A DNA stretch of 64,000 nt, from NCBI GenBank assembly GCA_030295235.1, contig AP026132.1, positions 806,001 through 870,000 on the forward strand, in the 5' to 3' direction. Under the pieces are notes generated by a model. It was not told the DNA's origin. It saw only the letters and a list, made by a program, of their open reading frames with translations, and ran no database searches. Of the stretch, positions 1 to 12,786 are shown one piece after another. The DNA comes from Fistulifera solaris (Eukaryota). Position 1 is the stretch's first letter. Every line of letters starts with the position of its first letter. The translations under genes and the position numbers were made by a program.

Positions 1-141
1 TTTGCGGAGTCTAACAATGGCAAATTCGCATTGAATATTAAAGCTACTCTCGCTAGTCTTATTTACCTGCATCCAAACAAGTATAGAGGAGCATATCGGC
101 CCGGCAAATCAGGACGCTTTGAAACTTTTCGTCCCTTTAGG

Positions 142-1497
142 ATGTTTTCCTACCGAAAAACTCTTTTTCTGGCTCCTCAGTTGCTCCTTTTATTGCTAAC
201 TTTCGGAGCTTCCAGCCAAAACATTTCCGAGTTTCAAAAATATCCTCCAGTGGATCCAGAAAAGGAAGAGTTGCCGCATCCATGCCCGACTCTTTTGGAG
301 CGTTTGTCGGATTTCATATCGGGCGAGTACGATGCCGCTACCAAGGAATGCTTCGAAGAGCTGGCGAACAGCACTGAGAGCCTCGAAAATGATCTGAAAA
401 ACAATACTGTCGATGAAATACAATCAATAGGCAATTATACCTTGGACCCATACGGGGCTTACGTCAAGTTCGATCTTTACGTTGCCTTGTGGCCGGGCGC
501 TCGTTCCATTGGGTGGATTGTCGGCCCGGCAATAACTCAATATCTTGATGCGAGTCTTCCGAATTGTACTGTTGCAATGGATATGGAAGACCTAGCTAGC
601 ATACCAGGGCGGAATGAATCAAAAGTCGACATGATTCTTATGAGCAATCGTCTTAATCCGACCATCCATGTCAAAGAAAGTGCTCGTGACTGGTGGCATT
701 ACACGTTCAAGTTCGAATGCTACATGGCAGGTACCCAAACACCACTTAACGAGACATCATTAGCACAACTGAATCACAATGTCGTTGCTTCTTTATTGAG
801 AGTCGAAGCGATGAAAGAAGAAGTCTTGATGGACATTGAAACGCTCCTCAATACCTCTATTCCGAGTATCTTTGATGCGCATTTATATCCTCCCAATATA
901 ACAAACGACGAAAGTGATGATAGCGAAGATAGCGATGATCCTGATATCGCGGATGCACCGATAGTACCGTCAAAATGCTATAACGGGTGCTGCCAAGAAG
1001 CTCCATGCAGTGGCAAGGGTTGTATACGCACGTCGTCTCAGCCGTGTGAAGACTCTCATCCCTGCAACTCACCTTGCAACGACACTAATTTATATCCCCC
1101 ATCTGAAAGTCCAACGGATCCTGCTTTTTCTCCAACGTACATTGAATCGCTTGAAACACCCTTGGATATTGAAGCGTGGAACGCACGACGGTATCTCGGA
1201 CTAAGTCTCCTCATTATGACGGTGATAGGGACCTTTCTCTTGATACAGCTATCCGAGATTCGGAAGAGACATCGAATTGAACAAACGAACTGGGGAAACT
1301 TAGCGACCGAGCAAGGAGTAGATCATTTGCTTCGGATGGGTTGGAAGGTAGACGGATGCAAGATGGAGGTTTACGACAAAAGGAAAATCGGCTACGAGGA
1401 CAATGATTCCATGTTAATAGGCGGGTTTCAGCAAACCATCCCTGTCGGAGCTGAGATCACAGTGAGTCAAACCGAGACGACCCGAGAAACTCCTTGA
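142..1497 (+). CDS. Hypothetical type I membrane protein (signal peptide, acidic and Cys-rich ectodomain, one TM, cytosolic tail)
   Basis: First ATG at 142 gives MFSYRKTLFLAPQLLLLLLTFGASS (signal-like). Cys cluster CYNGCCQEAPCSGKGC, a PSESPT linker, and TM YLGLSLLIMTVIGTFLLI. Confidence 0.75.
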   Translation: MFSYRKTLFLAPQLLLLLLTFGASSQNISEFQKYPPVDPEKEELPHPCPTLLERLSDFISGEYDAATKECFEELANSTESLENDLKNNTVDEIQSIGNYTLDPYGAYVKFDLYVALWPGARSIGWIVGPAITQYLDASLPNCTVAMDMEDLASIPGRNESKVDMILMSNRLNPTIHVKESARDWWHYTFKFECYMAGTQTPLNETSLAQLNHNVVASLLRVEAMKEEVLMDIETLLNTSIPSIFDAHLYPPNITNDESDDSEDSDDPDIADAPIVPSKCYNGCCQEAPCSGKGCIRTSSQPCEDSHPCNSPCNDTNLYPPSESPTDPAFSPTYIESLETPLDIEAWNARRYLGLSLLIMTVIGTFLLIQLSEIRKRHRIEQTNWGNLATEQGVDHLLRMGWKVDGCKMEVYDKRKIGYEDNDSMLIGGFQQTIPVGAEITVSQTETTRETP

Positions 1498-2050
1498 CTA
1501 TCGTTGGTTTGCGACACAACACAGACTTAGCAACCTGTACAATTTCCTGTTAGTAACTTTTGTGTAATTTACTGTTATGTCTTGTTTGAAAAGCATTGCT
1601 TGTTTTCTTTCCAAAAGCTACTGATCACGATCAGAATTGGGGTGGTGATAACGAGGAACAATCAAAGCAATCTCAGTGAGAATCATCGTCGTAGTGTATC
1701 ACTTGGTCTAGCTGTAGGCTATAGCGATAGAACGAATGCACTTTCATGACTGACTACTACTCGAGACTGGTCGGTTGAGATTTGAGATCGGATTTTATTC
1801 TCTGACTCTGACACTAACGACATAAAGTACTTTTGAGTACCGGTGTAAAAAATTCAAGCTCTGACGAAAACTTACGTGTGTGACCGCGTTTCATCACTGC
1901 GACCTGCTGCGACACGATCCAGCAAAATTTATTTGTTGAGCTGCACAGTTGCGACCGGCATTTCTCATCTTCTCTCTCCTAACTTGGAAACAAAAGAGAT
2001 CTTTGTGGCTCATTTTCCATTCATTAAGATTTAGCAAAGAAGATAGTTAC

Positions 2051-3300
2051 ATGATGGATATAAATAGTCGCGTCGAAGCTGCTAAGGAGAAAGTAAGTCT
2101 CCCATCGGTCGGTGCAGTCGCAAGTGCCGACACTTTTTCATGAAGCGAATTATCACGCCATTTCACAAAAAAGCGAGGATGAGTGTTGCAATTCGTTGCT
2201 TGTGTTGTGTTTGGCTTTTGAATAGCATGAAAAATAACTCATCACGTTTTACATACCAGGTCGCTTCTCTTCAACGAAAGATCGAAGATACGCAAGCTTC
2301 GAAGCGAGACCAGACCATAGGACAAGTGCTCCGCTCGAAAGGAGAGACTCCTGCATCTGTACGAGCTCCTCCTTCTACTAAGTTGAGGCGAACGCTGAAG
2401 GGTCACTTTGGAAAAGTCGTGGCCTTGCATTGGAGTGGAGATTCTTCCCATCTAGTATCTGCCAGTCAAGATGGAAATCTTCTAGTATGGAACACAGTTA
2501 CAGGTAACAAAACGCAATCGGTCTCTCTCAAGTCATCGTATGTTATGGCTGTCGGAATGGAACAAGGAAGAGGTCAAATGCTAGCTTGTGGAGGACTTGA
2601 TAATCTTTGTACCGTTTATAGACTCGGTGCACCTGAGAAAGCGATTGAAATGGCCAGTCATGATGGATTCATTTCCTGCTGCCGGTTTCTTTCCGAAGAC
2701 AAAATTCTCACCAGCTCTGGTGATTCTACCTGCATTCGCTGGGACATTGCAACGGGAACGCCGCTCAATACGTTTGCCGAACACACCGCCGATGTCATGT
2801 TTCTCTCCATCAAGCCGGAAGACAACAATGTCTTTGTTAGCTGTTCGGTGGACAAAACTGTGAAAGTTTGGGATGTCCGAGCTCCGAGGTCCTCCATGCA
2901 GACATTCAAATGTCACAACGATGATATCAACGCCATTGAGTTCATGCCCACGGATGGCAATGCCTTTGCCACGTGCAGTCAAGACAACTCGGTTTGTTTG
3001 TTTGATATTCGCGCTTGCAACGTGTTGAACCGGTTTGGTAATCAAAACAGCGGTAGCACGGAGTCCAGCATGCCAGAAGAAGGTTACACAAGCTTAGCGT
3101 TCTCCCGATCGGGCCGTTTGATCTTTTGTGGCCATTCGGACGGCAGCGTTCTGGCGTACGATGTCCTTTCGGAAAAGAAGACATCTACTTTTACCATCAA
3201 CGGCGCTCATGATCGTGTTGTATCTTGTGTCGGTGTGAGTCCCAAAGGTGATGCTCTGTGCACAGGCAGCTGGGATGGACTCTTGAAGATTTGGGCGTAA
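2051..3300 (+). CDS. GPB1: Heterotrimeric G-protein beta subunit (WD40), 2 exons
   Basis: Exon 1 2051-2092 (MMDINSRVEAAKEK), intron 2093-2259 GTAAGT..CAG, exon 2 in frame. Motifs RRTLKGHFGKV, SASQDG, CGGLDN, TSSGDSTC, TGSWD..LKIWA. Confidence 0.93.
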
Positions 3301-3739
3301 CGAATGAACGTTGCTATGTGTTTGCAAATTCAGTGTGATGGCGAAACTTGTGTTAGACTTCCGTTACCGTGCTAATAATTTAAGGAGGCCTTGTTTTGAA
3401 CGTCGCATAACTATCAAGGAAAAATAATAAATACTTTTAGTTTTGAGGTTGTAGAAACTTATCCATTTCGGTGTTTAAAACTAGGTAGGAAACGCACACA
3501 CGTTTGTTCTAACCTTGACGTTAGCTTACGACTGTATTGTTCGCGCGGTCGATCGCGCGAAAAATGTTTCATGCCGACGACGACGATCGCATCGATCGAT
3601 CGAAACGAAATAGCAAAAATAATAATGAGCGAACTCAAAAGCCATCATTTCGAACAAGAAGTCGTCTGGTGTTACTCGAATAATGTAATATAATCATTGT
3701 CGTCTGTATCTATACCTCATAATAACCAGGGAACCCATT

Positions 3740-4668
3740 ATGAGAGGCCTTGTTTTCATAATCGCCCTCCTTCATCTTGCCGACGCCTCAAAAGGGACGA
3801 AACCGAGATTCGCATCCACGGTGGCGACAGAATCCATCCCAAAAACGATATCGTTTCGCCTTTCCAACGCTTACTTTCACCAGATATTCTGTCTTATGCT
3901 ACGCGACCGACAACCCTTGTAAAAGCAACCCTTCGATTTCTACAGGGTCAGTCGGGTGTCGCAGAAGAACAGCATTCTCACTCCTCCGTCAGCAACAATG
4001 ACGTGGACGATGCCGCTCGAACGTCAATCTTTCATCCGTTCCGTGTGTTGAAGTTGACGCTTTTTGCGTTTGTACTTGTGGAATTTGTCGATTGCATTGT
4101 AGAAAATGACAACTTTCGGTCTTTATACAAAGAAAATATCGAGCCTTTGATCCAGGAAGGATGGCAACGGGCCGCCCGATGGTGGGAAAAAGGACGCCAG
4201 GAAGGCGGTTTGTTTTGTTCGTCCACCTGGTCATGGAAGAATATCAATAGTTCACCTCAAAGTATTATCAAGGCGTGGAACGAGCAATTTTCACCCAAAG
4301 TGCAAAGAGGCATTGGTTTGACTTTTGGTTTGATTCTCTCTCCTATTATGTGGACACTGACAGCAAGAACTATAACGTTATCGGCAATTGTGGTGATTCT
4401 TTCTGAGATTAACTTGTATGTGGGCGAGAGAATTGAAATCGCGTTACGAAGGGTTTCACTTCCTTTGAGTAATCTGTGGGGTCGAGTCGATGTTGCACTC
4501 GAAACAATACGGCGAACCTTCCATGCTCTTCTACACAAATCGCGGCAATTTGCGCAACATGCGCTTGACAAAGACTCTAATCAAACTCTCTCGGAAGAAG
4601 TTGTGCCCATTTCACTGCAACAGGGACTGGCAACCGGTTTACTCATAGGATTCCTTGCCGGGGTTTAG
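3740..4668 (+). CDS. Hypothetical multi-TM protein, probable signal peptide; one apparent frameshift near 3790
   Basis: ATG 3740 encodes MRGLVFIIALLHLADA in a different frame from the long 3697-4668 ORF, which has no ATG start. The join is plausible at CAAAAGGG. Several hydrophobic segments. Confidence 0.6.
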
Positions 4669-5164
4669 TTACCTTTTCGTCTTCACTGATGAATTTTTCG
4701 AGTCTTTTTTCTACGTACTCGGTATTCTAGTTCAGTACAAAACTAATGATGAAAATAACGGTTTATACTGCAAATTCGCTTTGAAATTCAAAATCTGTTG
4801 ACAAAGCCGAGAAATGGGGATTGCAAATCAGCTGAGCCATTTGAGAAAAGGAACCAACCTGGTACCACATACTCATTGCACTCATTAAAGTCTCAAGAAC
4901 TGCGAAATCAATAAAACTTATTAAATAATAGGCATTTACTCATTAAACATAGTATAGTCCAAGTACCTCTATGGTTTATGGTCCTTGGTATAGTCAACAG
5001 CTGCGACCCAGGACTGCGAATGAGTTGAGTCGGGGGTGAGGAAAAGGCTGTGTACTGTCGATCCAATAAATGGACGATGGCGAAAACATCGAAGGCATAT
5101 ATTGCTTCCCGATCTTTAAGTAAAATTAATCGTTACATAGATGACTGCGACACCATTCCCGATA

Positions 5165-5545
5165 CGAGGTAAATACGGTGCGCAAGAAAACGTTGACATC
5201 TGTGCACTGTACATGCAAGAATGGGATGATGGCGAAAAGCATAATATCCGGGTACCCCTGCAGAGATAAATTTCCTACGGCGGCTACGTAAAATACGCGT
5301 AGACATGGGAAGCGTTGTGTCTTTGTACTGTTTCATGTTTTCGTGTCAAATCAAATTTGATTGTTGTTTCATGGCTTGCATTAGCAATGTTGGGCAAGGT
5401 AATGTTAACAATGGTGTGCGAAAAACGCGGAAAATGCGGTGAGATCAAAATTGCCCAATATCCGGGTTTTCCCTCTGTCGATAAATTTCCTTGCGAGAGC
5501 TACGTGACATTACGTAGACATTCGAAGCGTTGCAGTTTTCATGCG
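5165..5545. repeat. Degenerate direct duplication, period about 214-215 bp
   Basis: AATATCCGGGT (5243, 5457), GATAAATTTCCT, GCTACGT, CGTAGACAT and GAAGCGTTG occur in the same order in both copies. Confidence 0.75.
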
Positions 5546-5900
5546 TTGACGTATTGCGGTTGATTTCCACGAAGGTGAAAGCATTGATTGCTCAAGAGAG
5601 ACTATTTTGCTCATCGGATCATCATCACTTCGGCAAAATCTTCCGTGTTGAGGAGTCGTCGTCGGGGATTTAGGATCGCAGGAAAGGGAACCTATCGCAG
5701 TACCGGTACAAGTACCGGTACCAGTAGTAGTACTTGTTGCATGATAAATGATAGATGGCGATGCGACGCGGCTGCCACAAATTTTTATCGTTCACAAACA
5801 AGTAGTGAACTTACCAGGTACAGGTAAAAAGCAAGCGTGTTATTTCCTTGAAAGCAAGTAGACTAGTCATTATTTTATCGATCAGCAATCGATTGTTTGG

Positions 5901-6745
5901 ATGAGTTTGCGAGGACGTTACGTAATTGACCGTGTCAAGCGTGCTGTCGACGGGATCCTGTCCCTCCCCGTGCCTCCCTATCATGTGAGACGATTTTTTG
6001 GCGGCATTTTGCTCCGTTTTGTCGTTTAGTTCGTTATGTTACTCACAACAACTCAATGTTTTGTTAGAATCCTGCGTACTGGGAAGGCGTTTATCATAAA
6101 ACGAATCCATATGATACATTTGAGTGGGGAAGCGTCAACTTTGATGATTTGCGTGAATATACTTTTGTGAAAACGGCGTATCCGCCGTGGGGGATTGCTT
6201 CGTCGGGCCAAAAAGAAAAGGGCGATATTCATGAAACACTGGGCCTTTCAGGACTGTCTTCGACGAAAGGTCCGTTGATGATGTTAGGTTGCGGTACCTC
6301 CGAGTTGGGAACCCAATTTGTACACGCAGGATTTCAACCAGTCGTTCAAGTGGATGTATCGTCGCGGCTCGTTGAAATGAAAACGCAACAACCCAAAGTG
6401 GAAGGGCTGAGCTACATTCAGGACGATGCTACGGTGCTATCTGCATTTGAAGATGAAACTGTTCGAGCCGTCGTAGACAAGGGATTGTTCGACGCACTAT
6501 TCTGTGCCAGTGCCACTCAACAGTGCCATGCTGCTATGGCGGCTATTCAACGGGTTTTGCAACCAAATTCAAGATTTCTACTATTCTCCTTCTCGCAACC
6601 AGAGTTTCTACTTCCTGTACTAGCCATGCCTGGTTGGAAAGACGTAGAAATACGAAATGTGAACGAACAGATATTGCTTTACATGTTCCGCAAGAACGGA
6701 GATCAGAACTACTCTAGACGTAGCGTCGTCAAACGACGCAGGTGA
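5901..6745 (+). CDS. Class I SAM-dependent methyltransferase, METTL13 N-terminal/EEF1AKMT4-like, 2 exons
   Basis: Exon 1 5901-5984, intron 5985-6067 GTGAGA..TAG. YWEGVY..FEW, MLGCGTSEL, VDVS and VVDKGLFDAL motifs. Confidence 0.85.
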
Positions 6746-6811
6746 TAGACACCGAGTACGAAACTAGAAATAAAATGAGAGCCTAATAGAGTACGGTCGG
6801 AAATTGTACGT

Positions 6812-8607
6812 TCAATTCGTTACGCGGGCTGGCATAGTAGGAGACGATGAAATGTCAATGTGATCGAATCTCCAGAGGGCTAAACAAAGCTGCGCTTCCT
6901 CAGTCTTTAACAAGACTGCTACGTCAATCGAAAGGGATACTAAATTGCGTTTCACAAGGCCCGCCATGCTACGGACCCATCCACTAGACATACAGTCAAT
7001 TTCCAGTTCCATGGCGATCGCTTTGTTGTTCTCCGGTTCTGCCGGGTATTTGGTCCAAAGCAAAGGTAAATAAGCTCGATCCCCCATTGGATACTCCTGC
7101 TTAGAAGGTGAAACACATCTCACAGCATATGGAGCTTCCACGACAGATGGCATAAAGTATAAAGTCGAACTGCGGTTTTGATCCGACCCGTCAAAGAATC
7201 TCTGTTTATGGTGTTAGACAGCGAGAGGTCAAAGATACAATGAGAAGTCAAATTCAAATAAGATGGCGCACCTTCAAAGCCTTCATCTCCTTTGAATCGT
7301 GGTCATTTTCTTCCAAACAATCCCAATCCTTCAACCATTCTGGTAATGAAAAATAAAGCAGAATATTGCCCCATTGTGTGGAGATGTTGACAAGGAAAAT
7401 CGGTGCGTCTCGTAGACCGTGTTGAACAAACCATGAATGATCTGCTACCTTCGTTTCAGGGACTCCACCGTCCGCTTCACAAAGAAAAACATCCATCCCC
7501 TTCAACTTGAAAAAGGATCGATGATGTAATCATCCAAGTCCCCAAAAGAATCGGCGTCCGCGAGATTGTAATTTCCAATGGCCATTGATGCTTTCAAATT
7601 GTCTACTGAATCTTGTTTTTCGGTTAGATCGGCCACTTCTGTTGGCTCGTTCGATTTCGCAACAGCACTTTGCAGCTTTCGTTTCCTTCGAAGGTTGCTA
7701 TTCCTAAGCAAATTATGCATTAACTGTCGATGCTTATGGTCTCGTGTTGGGTCGCAATTCCACCTTTTAATAGAAGCTGGCATACCCAGTGGGTGTATAA
7801 AAGATGGAGTTAAATGCCAATCGCGTCGAGAAGGAAAGAGACGTTGGCTCCACGAAGAAAACAAGGATCTGTTACTCGCACCAGTACTTCTTTCAATTAA
7901 GGGGTGATTCAAACTCTGAGATGTATTCTGTGGAAACGAGGACCTTCTTGCCGCTTCTTTAATTGGGTCGATTCGAATAGTATGCTCCGGTTCGCCGTTT
8001 CTGTTGATACAAAAGGAAACGAAGTTCCCAGCAGAGAAGCTTACAAACAACCAAGTTAACACAAGTGATACCGGAAGATGGATCAGTATATCCCAATACT
8101 TGTAAGTCGGATACGAAACAAGAATGATCGACAGGTGCAGCAACGCTGTCTCCTTACTTCTCCCGAACAAGTCAGTCGCCGAAAGGGAATGAGGTTTTGA
8201 ACTGGGCGATACGTGAATCGATGAAGTAACGAGTTCGTCAAGCAGTGCTCCTTTTTCTTCCAGCAAGGCTTCTTTTGACTTAGTAAAGCTTCTTTCCTTC
8301 TTATGACGTCGGTCTCTTTCATCAATCGTTCCGAATCAGCGGAATAAGTACTCGCGTCGATGTCGGATTGGGCCGTCGGTTCATGCGACAGAGCGTTTGT
8401 ACCTTTATGCAAGCTTTCGGGTGTCACGGCTATCGTAGCTGTTGCTTTGACTGTATTCACAGTTCCCTGAACGGCGTGCTTACCCCTGTGTAAAGCGTGC
8501 TTCGTTCCTTGCACCGTCTGGTGAAGGATTCTACTGCCAAAATGAAACGATTTCTTATCCTGTTCGCTAGCAGTGGTCTCTTTTGACGCTCTCGTATCTG
8601 CCGTCAT
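6812..8607 (-). CDS. Membrane protein with C-terminal EDR2-C (DUF1336)-like domain; frameshifts near 8265 and 7505
   Basis: Four collinear ORF pieces and intron 7202-7271. GMDVF, IFLVN..LLYF, RFFDGSDQNR..MPSVVEAP, LEIDCMSS and LSIDVAVLL follow the DUF1336 pattern. Two TM segments mid-protein. Confidence 0.7.
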
Positions 8608-9288
8608 TATCTTTTTTATCAATATTATCAAATTCTTTTTCGTTCCTTATCGAAATAGATGATCGATTCAATTCGATTCTTCGCTTCGTCAAATGCAACG
8701 CAAAAGCGTTTCGTCGTTCGTCGTTCGTCTTGGTTCGTCGTTCGGTTCGTCAAAATCCGAATACTTATGTGGGGCTCGTGATTTAACGAGGATTTCCAGT
8801 CGTGGCAAAAGGTCGTCTACATTCAGAGGCTATAGTGACTGAAGAATTTCGTGATCTGGGAGAAGTTCCCGACATCAGTTGATCGACTAAGGTCGTTGCA
8901 ACTATTGTTCATAATAAGTAATAAATTTCTTCGCTGGTTGGCTTTACGTCGCCCATTAGCTTGAACGTAACGGAAAAATTGCATCGCGACCCTAGGAGTA
9001 AATTCGATGATAGATAAGTTTGGCCAATCTCGCACGATCCTTGAGGATAATCAGCTAGAACTTGACGATTGTTCTTTGACCTACTTTGCTGATAGCACCG
9101 TCTAGGGACCATGAGCCTTAATACCTGGTACTTCCAGATTTGAGCGTCAATTACCGTTTCCGAAAGTTAGCTAGAACTAAACCCCATGACTAGGCATGAT
9201 CAGTTATTCGGATTTGATACCAAGGTCAAGTACAAAATATATACATTAGGGAAGAATAGAAAGTCACAGGCGTTTGTTTATACAAAAG

Positions 9289-10061
9289 CTAAAGCTTGGA
9301 ACCAGACGGCGAGCCGCTGGAAACAAATCCAGCTTGCGCCTTTTCCAAGCCCGCCAAACCTGCTTTTGTGGCTGCTTGGAGTCTTTGGTTTAGAGGACGA
9401 TCGCTGGGCTCGGAAAGCGACCCGAGTGTCTTGAGTCCGAGATGAACTTCCTCGAAAAAGGTTGCTGCTCCATGCGTTGCATCCAGGATTGAATGGCAGG
9501 ATATTCCGCTAAATCAATTACTCCAGTCATACTGGATTGTGCCAATTCCTCATAGCATAATAGATCCGCTATGGATATTTCGTTTCCCACAATGTAGTTC
9601 TCACCGGAGTGCAACCAACCTGATTCGAGTTGCTTCAAAAGTTGATGAGCTCGGTGCAACTCTTTGTCACGTGGTCCGTAAGAGCCTCCTGGGATTAGAT
9701 ATGGAGCAACCAGGGAAGCAATTCCACGAGTACCCGAGTGATGCCAATGCATGTATGAATCGATCAGAGCCTTACGTTGGGATCCGGGTGGACCGTAAAG
9801 ATCCATCCAGCCTCGGCTTTCGCAAAGATAGCTCAATATCGCTGGGCTTTCCACCAAATAGAATGTACCATCTTGTAGCATCGGGATGCGATCTGAGCGA
9901 GCCTTTGTTCTAGATTTGTAGGATTCATGTTTGCTTCCAAAAGGTTTATCAGCGAGAAAAGGTACAGTTACAACAGCTTTAAACGGACATTGTTTCATGA
10001 GCAAAGCCCAAGCAACCGATCGAAACGGTTGCGAAAGGGGCACGCCGTACAGCTTCAGCAT
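9289..10061 (-). CDS. Glutathione S-transferase, theta-like, C-terminal -SKL after frameshift repair at ~9455
   Basis: LKLYGVPLSQPFRSV, IPMLQDGTFYLVESPAILSYL, YMHWHHSGTR, ISIADL. Adding one T to the T5 run gives ..PFFEEVH..GSPSGSKL*. Confidence 0.88.
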
Positions 10062-10380
10062 CGCCAACTGTTACTATTGTTTGTGTTTTGAATCTTTTGG
10101 TGTAAATAAATGATAGGAGTTATAAGTTATTGCTTCAAATACAAGCTGAGTTGCAACAAGTTCGCGCTGGCGACGCGCGAAGAAGGTGTGTGCTGAGTCA
10201 CGAATCATCAACCATTCACCGTCACGCGCATCGAGTAAACGCGTGATTACGATACGCTAGGGTTTCCGTCTAGTCTATTCGGTTTATAGACTAGAGGCTT
10301 TACAAGTGGAGAAGTGTGACAAGAGATGCACACTTCTATGAACGCATTCATAATAAAACAATATTTATAGCGCTTATAGA

Positions 10381-12401
10381 CTAATACTTTGCTCTCGTGT
10401 TGCCGAGCTTACTGAATTGTTCCCATCCGCGGCTCCCTCTTCCCAACTCGTTTACAGCCATGGCTCTTCGGAAGGCAGTTGTTGAGAGAGTTATAGCCTG
10501 AGGGATGGCGGCAAACAAAGCTTTTTCCACAACGAAGAAAATAACATCCAAAGATCGTAAAGCGAGTTTCACTATTTCACTTTCCTCCTGATTTTCTTCG
10601 GATTCCGTCACGACCGCTTTCTTGGCTCGATCCGCCGCGTCAAAAACATCATCATCCATAACAACCTCCACTGCCGCAATCGGCGTCACGTATGAATCAT
10701 CATCATATTGTTCGGTAAGGCTTTCGTCGTGCAATTCGATTCTTTGATAAAGAGGTGCGGTTGGAGTTTCTGTGATAATATCGATTATGGGCGGTATCGT
10801 CGGGACTGCCCGCGGCTCGAAAGTAGGCTCTCTTTGCCTCTCTAGGAGACTGCTTAGTTGTTCCGCGCTCTCGACTCCATTTAACTGTAGAATAAGAGAA
10901 ACCTCGCCATCAGGAGTATGAGAACAATACAGTTCAGATTCCAGTGCTTGTATAATCGACGGAGAAAGTGATGTCTTGGCGGCTTGCAGGATCTCGTCAA
11001 TTGATTCCTTAATTTCGCGTAAGTGGCTCAAGACTAGCTCAGCGGACTGTTCGTCATCAAATTCTTCACGTTCCTCAACGTCATTTCTCAAGACCACCAT
11101 TTTAGTGACAACGTTAATTAAAGTGTCTTTCATTTCGTCGTCGTACCCCGCAAATCCAACAAGCCATGTCTTCGAAGGTGTGTCTATACACGATGCAAGC
11201 TGTTTTAATATGCGTTTTCGTTCTCCTCTCAATACTTCCAAAATATCAGGATCATCGATCGGCTTTTTCGCCTCTGCTTGTTGCGAAGCTTTTTCGAATT
11301 CCATTCTTGCGGCGACGTATGGGTCAGCAATATCCTGATTTTTGGTATATTCAGCTTGCGTCGACGATGCTCGTACTCTATCTTCGATTCGCGATGCGGC
11401 GGAAGGTATACCTATTTCACCCTGCAGACTCAAAAGCCGATCTTCCTTTCTCTTCGAGGCAGCGAGTCTCGCTTGCTCTTTGACCGACTGCAATAAATTT
11501 CCGGTATTGGCAACTCCAGCTGCAATAGCGTTCCGAATCGGCTTCGATTTGTAACCGGGTTCATTGGTTTCAGCCTTTAGTTCTCGACGTAGCTCCCAAG
11601 CACCGTCTACAACCTTTCCAGGAACTTTGGTCAAGTCTTTGGCGTCTCTTTCTGCTCTTCTACTTTGCTGATACGCTCGACGCAATCTCTCCGCGTTATT
11701 ACTGGATCCAGCTGGGGCGATTGTTCTTAGATTGCGGCCGCTACTACTTCTCTGCTGGCCGGAAAGAATTCCACGGATTTCACGTGAAACACTTTGAATC
11801 TCATCTTGCGGACGCAGCATTCGGTCTTTGATCCCTCTCTGAGTAGCAGCATCGTCAACCGCACTACTAGAATTGGTAAGCAGGAACACAGTCTTCTTCG
11901 AGAGTTCACCAGCTTGCGGTAACGCCCTACCGACGTCACGGACTGCTCTCTCCCACGCGAAAAATCCCAGTGCTGCAAGCGTCTTCACATCTTGCTCCAC
12001 TTTATTCCCAATCCATATGCTCACAGATTCGAACACATCGGATGCCTGTGTCGACAGTTTTTTCCACAACTTTGTGTCTCCCAATGTTTTCAAAATGGTC
12101 GAAGTATAATCTGACTCGGTCGGTTCCTCTTTTTGTGGTGTCGAAACCTTTTCACTGTACCCCGTTCCAAAAGTTTTCGAATATCTGCTTCTGTTTCTAA
12201 ATCAAGCTTTGAGTCCTGCAACATGAATTCCAACACACGAGAATCCGTATCCGAAAGGTCTTCTTCAATCTCGGCGGCGCTGCTGGGTTCTTTCACCACG
12301 CTGAGCGATCCGAAAAAGTTAGGGCGGTGGATGCTGCACGGCAGGAAACCCGTTGTTCTGTGCCATAGTAGGAAGTAAAGAATGAAGTCGAATCTGTTCA
12401 T
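10381..12401 (-). CDS. Hypothetical plastid-targeted coiled-coil protein; one frameshift near 12150
   Basis: MNRFDFILYFLLWHRTTG-FLP resembles a signal peptide plus Phe-initiated transit peptide. Joins the 570-aa ORF through KVSTPQKEEPTESDYTSTILKTLG. Confidence 0.7.
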
Positions 12402-12786
12402 GTCATTCAATTATAATTGTGGTCGAAGAGGACTGCAAGCATCGTTGATGTTACTTTTAGCGAGATGTGCGTGTCATGTTGGAATTTGGCCACAGAATGT
12501 ATTTGCAGCCGGTATACGGATTGTACATGATCTCTTATAGCATTCTATAGGACGGATCAAAATATGACTGGATGAGTAGTCTTGAGTGTCAGATCGGTAT
12601 TCAACAAGGCTTACCGGTTTTAACCGTTACAACACTATGGGTCCAAAGTGTTGATTTACGCCACACCACGATTGGATTGCAGTCACGATTATTATTTTTT
12701 CTCCGTAAAAGCCATTAGCAAACAAGCCTGAATAATAGGTCTCGTTTAAGGTCTCTAAAATAAAATTGAATTATAGAAGCATTGTA

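Noticed and set aside
5420..5545. Spliceosomal snRNA on the minus strand (GGCAATTTTGA, Sm-site-like)
   Set aside because: No U1/U2/U4/U5 hallmark sequences, and the motif is absent from the sister copy.
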